Shown one piece after another: positions 36,889 to 39,733 of a stretch of DNA of 39,733 nucleotides (the stretch's first letter is position 1; each line of letters opens with the position of its first letter). The notes below the pieces were generated by a model that saw only the letters and a list, made by a program, of their open reading frames with translations, searched no databases and was not told where the DNA came from. Origin of the DNA: a virus (Duplodnaviria; Caudoviricetes); IMG/VR virus record IMGVR_UViG_3300043174_000063, positions 1 through 39,733 of that record; one strand, written 5' to 3'. The translations under genes were made by a program, and so were the position numbers.

Positions 36889-37203
36889 ATGCTGATCGTA
36901 GGACTGAAGGGCTGGAAGATGAATCTCGTGGGTGAGGAGGTGCGGCTCAAAGAGTGGCGCGCCGGCCTGCTGCGGCGGCTGCTGCGGCGCACGCTGAAGC
37001 CGGTCAAGACGGTCGAAGGCCACGAGGCGCTCCTTGACCTGCGCGAAATCGTGCTGGTCGAGCAGGTGCCGCAGGCCGAAATCGACGCGGCCCGCAAGGC
37101 GGCCGAAGACCAGATGAAGGCTCAACAGCAGGCGCAGGCGGCCGACAATCGGCGCGGCCCGCGCGGCGGCCGCGTCTGGACGCCCGGGCAAGGCAACGCG
37201 TAA
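36889..37203 (+). CDS. Hypothetical protein
   Basis: RBS AGGAGG before ATG 36889. Confidence 0.6.
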   Translation: MLIVGLKGWKMNLVGEEVRLKEWRAGLLRRLLRRTLKPVKTVEGHEALLDLREIVLVEQVPQAEIDAARKAAEDQMKAQQQAQAADNRRGPRGGRVWTPGQGNA

Positions 37204-37251
37204 GCGGAGGATCAGGAGAGAGCAAGAGGGCGGACTTGAGAGGGGGACACG

Positions 37252-37368
37252 ATGGCACCCTGGATCATCGTTCTCATTCTGGCTGGGTGCGTGGCCATCG
37301 CTTTGTGGCTTCTGCTGCTGCTGATGGACGGGCGGCGGCGGCGCGAAGCCGGACGCGAGAAGCATTGA
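37252..37368 (+). CDS. 38-aa single-TM membrane protein (below ORF-track cutoff)
   Basis: MAPWIIVLILAGCVAIALWLLLLLMDGRRRREAGREKH after AGGGGG RBS. Confidence 0.55.
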   Translation: MAPWIIVLILAGCVAIALWLLLLLMDGRRRREAGREKH

Positions 37369-37520
37369 GAGTGGCCGCCTGGGCGCTATTCGTCCTGGGC
37401 GGCCTACTCGTTCTCGCGAACATCATCGTAGATCGCTGCTCGCGCGCAGCTGACCGCTGGGCGTCTGCGCGGCAATCTATCTCACAAGACGTCCCGTCCC
37501 CACCACCGAGGCGACGATGA
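37365..37520 (+). CDS. Small single-TM membrane protein
   Basis: TTG overlapping previous TGA; VAAWALFVLGGLLVLANIIV. Confidence 0.4.
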   Translation: MRVAAWALFVLGGLLVLANIIVDRCSRAADRWASARQSISQDVPSPPPRRR

Positions 37521-37644
37521 GGAGGGATGGCAGAGCGGTAATGCGTGCCGATTTAGTCCGGCAGTCCCGGGTGGTATGGCCGTCCGCAGCGGGCCGCCTA
37601 ACCCACGTAACCGGGCGAGGGTTCGAATCCCTCTCCCTCCTCCA
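37521..37644 (+). tRNA. Atypical tRNA / tRNA-like RNA, anticodon ambiguous (TAG, TTA or 4-base)
   Basis: Acceptor GGAGGGA/TCCCTCC, U73, encoded CCA; D-arm TGGCAGAGCGGTAATGC; T-arm GAGGG-TTCGAAT-CCCTC; anticodon stem TGCCG/CGGCA with 8-nt loop; ~53-nt variable region. Confidence 0.8.
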
Positions 37645-37662
37645 TTTTAGCATAGGAGAAGA

Positions 37663-37839
37663 ATGATGCCAGAGCCAATCGAGGGGAAGAAGATCCCCGA
37701 GCCGCGATTCAAGGAGTGGGTCAAGAGCCTGACAGATCAGGTCGCCGAGGAGGGGGACTGCTACGGCGCGCTCCTGTGGCTGCTCGAGGAGGAGCTGGGT
37801 TACGACGTAGTCTGGACAAAACAAGGAGGCCGCGCGTGA
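37663..37839 (+). CDS. 58-aa hypothetical protein (below ORF-track cutoff)
   Basis: AGGAG RBS; MMPEPIEGKKIPEPRFKEWVKSL...; stop overlaps next GTG. Confidence 0.6.
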   Translation: MMPEPIEGKKIPEPRFKEWVKSLTDQVAEEGDCYGALLWLLEEELGYDVVWTKQGGRA

Positions 37840-38201
37840 ACGAACACGACTCCGCGATCCTGGGAAAGAGGATCCTCGGCGAGCTGCGGCTGCGCTGCGC
37901 CTTCGGCCTCGAGCACGCCGTGAAGCGCGAGGAGATCCGCAAGGTCATCAACCGCCAGCTCTCATCCTTCACGAACGAGAGCGAAGTGCTGAGCGACACG
38001 GCGCTGCGCGCGATCTACCGCGAGCTGCCAATCTGCGCCTGCGAGGGCGGCCTCTACATTCCCGAGACCGCGGCCGATCTCGAGGCGTTCCGGCTTTATA
38101 TGCGGAAGAAGGCGCTCGCACTCTTCGAGCGCTTCAAGCGCGTGGCCGACGAATACCCCGAGTTGACGGGCGATCCCGGGCAGCTGAAGCTGGACGTCTG
38201 A
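37836..38201 (+). CDS. Hypothetical protein, possibly winged-helix
   Basis: GTG after AAGGAGG; G...AV.R.EI, SD..LR.I...PI.....G.YI pattern. Confidence 0.6.
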   Translation: MNEHDSAILGKRILGELRLRCAFGLEHAVKREEIRKVINRQLSSFTNESEVLSDTALRAIYRELPICACEGGLYIPETAADLEAFRLYMRKKALALFERFKRVADEYPELTGDPGQLKLDV

Positions 38202-38203
38202 GT

Positions 38204-39067
38204 ATGAGTGAGCGCCGGATCTTACGGGTTTTTCCGCGCCGCACTCACGCGACTCCCGAGGATCCGCTCGCGGTGATCGGAGCGCCCGGGCTCTTTATCC
38301 CCGAGTGCGACGAGATCCACGTTTCGGTCGCGTTTCAATGGGATCTTCCCGACGCCTACAAGCTCGCCGAGCATTGGCAGCGTACCGCCCGCGTGCGCAC
38401 GATCCTCGGCGGGCCGGCAACGGGGCAGCCGTCGGGGGAATTCGTCCCGGGCCGATACCTCAGGCAGGGGTTCACGATCACCTCGCGTGGCTGCCCGCAC
38501 CACTGCTGGTACTGCTCGGTCTGGAAGCGCGAGCCGCGGCTCGTGGAGCTGCCGATCCGCGACGGCCACATCGTGCAAGACGACAACCTGCTGGCCTGCT
38601 CCGAGCACCACGTGCGCGAGGTCTTCAAGATGCTGCGCCGGCAGAAGCAGGCGGCCGAGCTGCGCGCGCTCGAGGCGCGGCTTTTCACGCGCTGGGTGGC
38701 CGAGGAGCTGACGGCGACCCACTTCTACCAGGTCTTCTTCGCCTACGATAAGCCGGAGGACTACGAGCCGCTGCGGCAAGCTGCGGCGCTGATAAAAGAA
38801 TACGGGCTCGAGAGCCGATCCAAGAAATTCCGAGTCTACGTTCTCTGCGGCTACCGCGGGGACACGCTGACCGCGGCCTCGGATCGGATGTACAAGGTTC
38901 TGGCGCTGAATATGTGGCCGTTCCCCCAGCTCTATCTGGGGCCGGACGGTAAGAAGGATCCCGGGTGGCAGAAATTCCAGAAGCTCTGGGCGCGGCCGGC
39001 CGCACAGTGGCACCTCAAGCGGGCGATGACGACTGCGGAGATCCCAGAGGAGGACGACTACCGATGA
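38204..39067 (+). CDS. Radical SAM protein
   Basis: TSRGCPHHCWYC (CxxxCxxC), DDNLLA, FAYD, VYVLCGY; N-terminal D.I.VS..F.W...LGGP segment resembling a truncated B12-binding-like domain. Confidence 0.88.
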   Translation: MSERRILRVFPRRTHATPEDPLAVIGAPGLFIPECDEIHVSVAFQWDLPDAYKLAEHWQRTARVRTILGGPATGQPSGEFVPGRYLRQGFTITSRGCPHHCWYCSVWKREPRLVELPIRDGHIVQDDNLLACSEHHVREVFKMLRRQKQAAELRALEARLFTRWVAEELTATHFYQVFFAYDKPEDYEPLRQAAALIKEYGLESRSKKFRVYVLCGYRGDTLTAASDRMYKVLALNMWPFPQLYLGPDGKKDPGWQKFQKLWARPAAQWHLKRAMTTAEIPEEDDYR

Positions 39068-39083
39068 AAACGGAGGATTGACG

Positions 39084-39557
39084 ATGAAGATCTTGGCGCT
39101 TGACTGTGGGACAAAGACCGGGTGGGCAGCTGACGGCGAGAGCCGCGTCGAGAGCGGCGTGCAGACGTTTGAGCTGAAGCGCGGCGAATCGCCCGGGATG
39201 CGCTTCATCCGTTTCAACGCTTGGCTGGTCGAGGTGATCGGCCTGACGCACCCCGATCTCGTCGTCTACGAGATGGCACACCTCCGCGGCGGCGCTGCCA
39301 CGGATCTGCTCGTGGGGATGACGACGCGGGTCGCTGAGGCCTGCGCGCGGATCGGCATCGAGTGCTCGTGGCTCCACTCGGTACAGGTCAAGAAGATCGT
39401 CGCCGGCACGGGCAAGGCAACGAAGGACGATATGATCTCCGTCGCCCGCAAGCTCTTCGGCCGCGTGCCCGAGGACGACAACGAGGCCGACGCCCTCTGC
39501 CTCTGGCTCGCCGCGAAGGCTCAATGGGATCCGGCCCCGCGGAGGGCGCAGCCGTGA
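39084..39557 (+). CDS. RuvC-like Holliday junction resolvase
   Basis: ILALD.GTKTGWA, PDLVVYE, VKK...GTGKATK.DM, DDNEADAL. Confidence 0.88.
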   Translation: MKILALDCGTKTGWAADGESRVESGVQTFELKRGESPGMRFIRFNAWLVEVIGLTHPDLVVYEMAHLRGGAATDLLVGMTTRVAEACARIGIECSWLHSVQVKKIVAGTGKATKDDMISVARKLFGRVPEDDNEADALCLWLAAKAQWDPAPRRAQP

Positions 39558-39733
39558 ACTACGCCGGCCGGATCGGGCTCGTAAGATCCTACTACGCCTC
39601 GCTCCGGACGGTCGAGTACCGCTACGTGGGCGATGATCCGTCGTTTCGCCCGCTGATGGCGGCAAAGCTGCGGCAGATGATCCGCGACTACGCGCCCAGG
39701 CACGATCCAAGCACGCACGAGGAACGCAAGCTC
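39554..39733 (+). CDS. 5' part of the junction-crossing gene (continues at 179-469)
   Basis: GTG overlaps the resolvase stop; same frame as ORF 71..469. Confidence 0.6.
   Translation, partial: MNYAGRIGLVRSYYASLRTVEYRYVGDDPSFRPLMAAKLRQMIRDYAPRHDPSTHEERKL
39556..39733. repeat. Terminal direct repeat, right copy
   Basis: 177/178 identity with 1-178. Confidence 0.97.

Noticed and set aside
37551-37558. Genome-wide stop-codon reassignment via a TTA-anticodon suppressor
   Set aside because: TAA, TAG and TGA all end well-defined genes and core genes are uninterrupted in code 11
37521-37644. tmRNA or tRNA-Sec
   Set aside because: No G3:U70 or tag ORF, and too short for tmRNA; no TCA anticodon and 7/5 rather than 8/5 fold

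Overview
The window is an apparently complete, circularly permuted ~39.56 kb genome of a GC-rich, HK97-fold tailed phage. It is probably a siphovirus (tail tube and tape measure present, no sheath). Bases 1-178 repeat at 39556-39733 with one mismatch. All credible genes are on the + strand. Order: lysis cassette, terS/terL, portal fused to a MuF domain, prohead protease, major capsid, head-tail and neck genes, tail tube, chaperones with a -1 frameshift, tape measure, tail tip, four glycine-rich adhesin-like modules including a 1557-aa fibre, an AT-rich control region, small early genes, HTH regulator, recombination pair, DNA-modification genes, replication initiator, a tRNA-like gene, radical SAM enzyme and RuvC-like resolvase. 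No integrase, polymerase or reverse transcriptase was seen. The most unusual items are: (1) a DNA amino-methyltransferase with a complete PLP-dependent ACC-deaminase/D-cysteine-desulfhydrase-like domain inserted inside its fold, preceded by a mini-paralog of its own N-terminus, with a radical SAM gene nearby (candidate new DNA modification system); (2) a 124-nt tRNA-like gene with an 8-nt anticodon loop and a ~53-nt variable arm; (3) strong genome-wide GGATCC enrichment alongside apparent CATG/CTGCAG/GAGCTC avoidance. All family calls come from motif recognition by eye, not from database searches.
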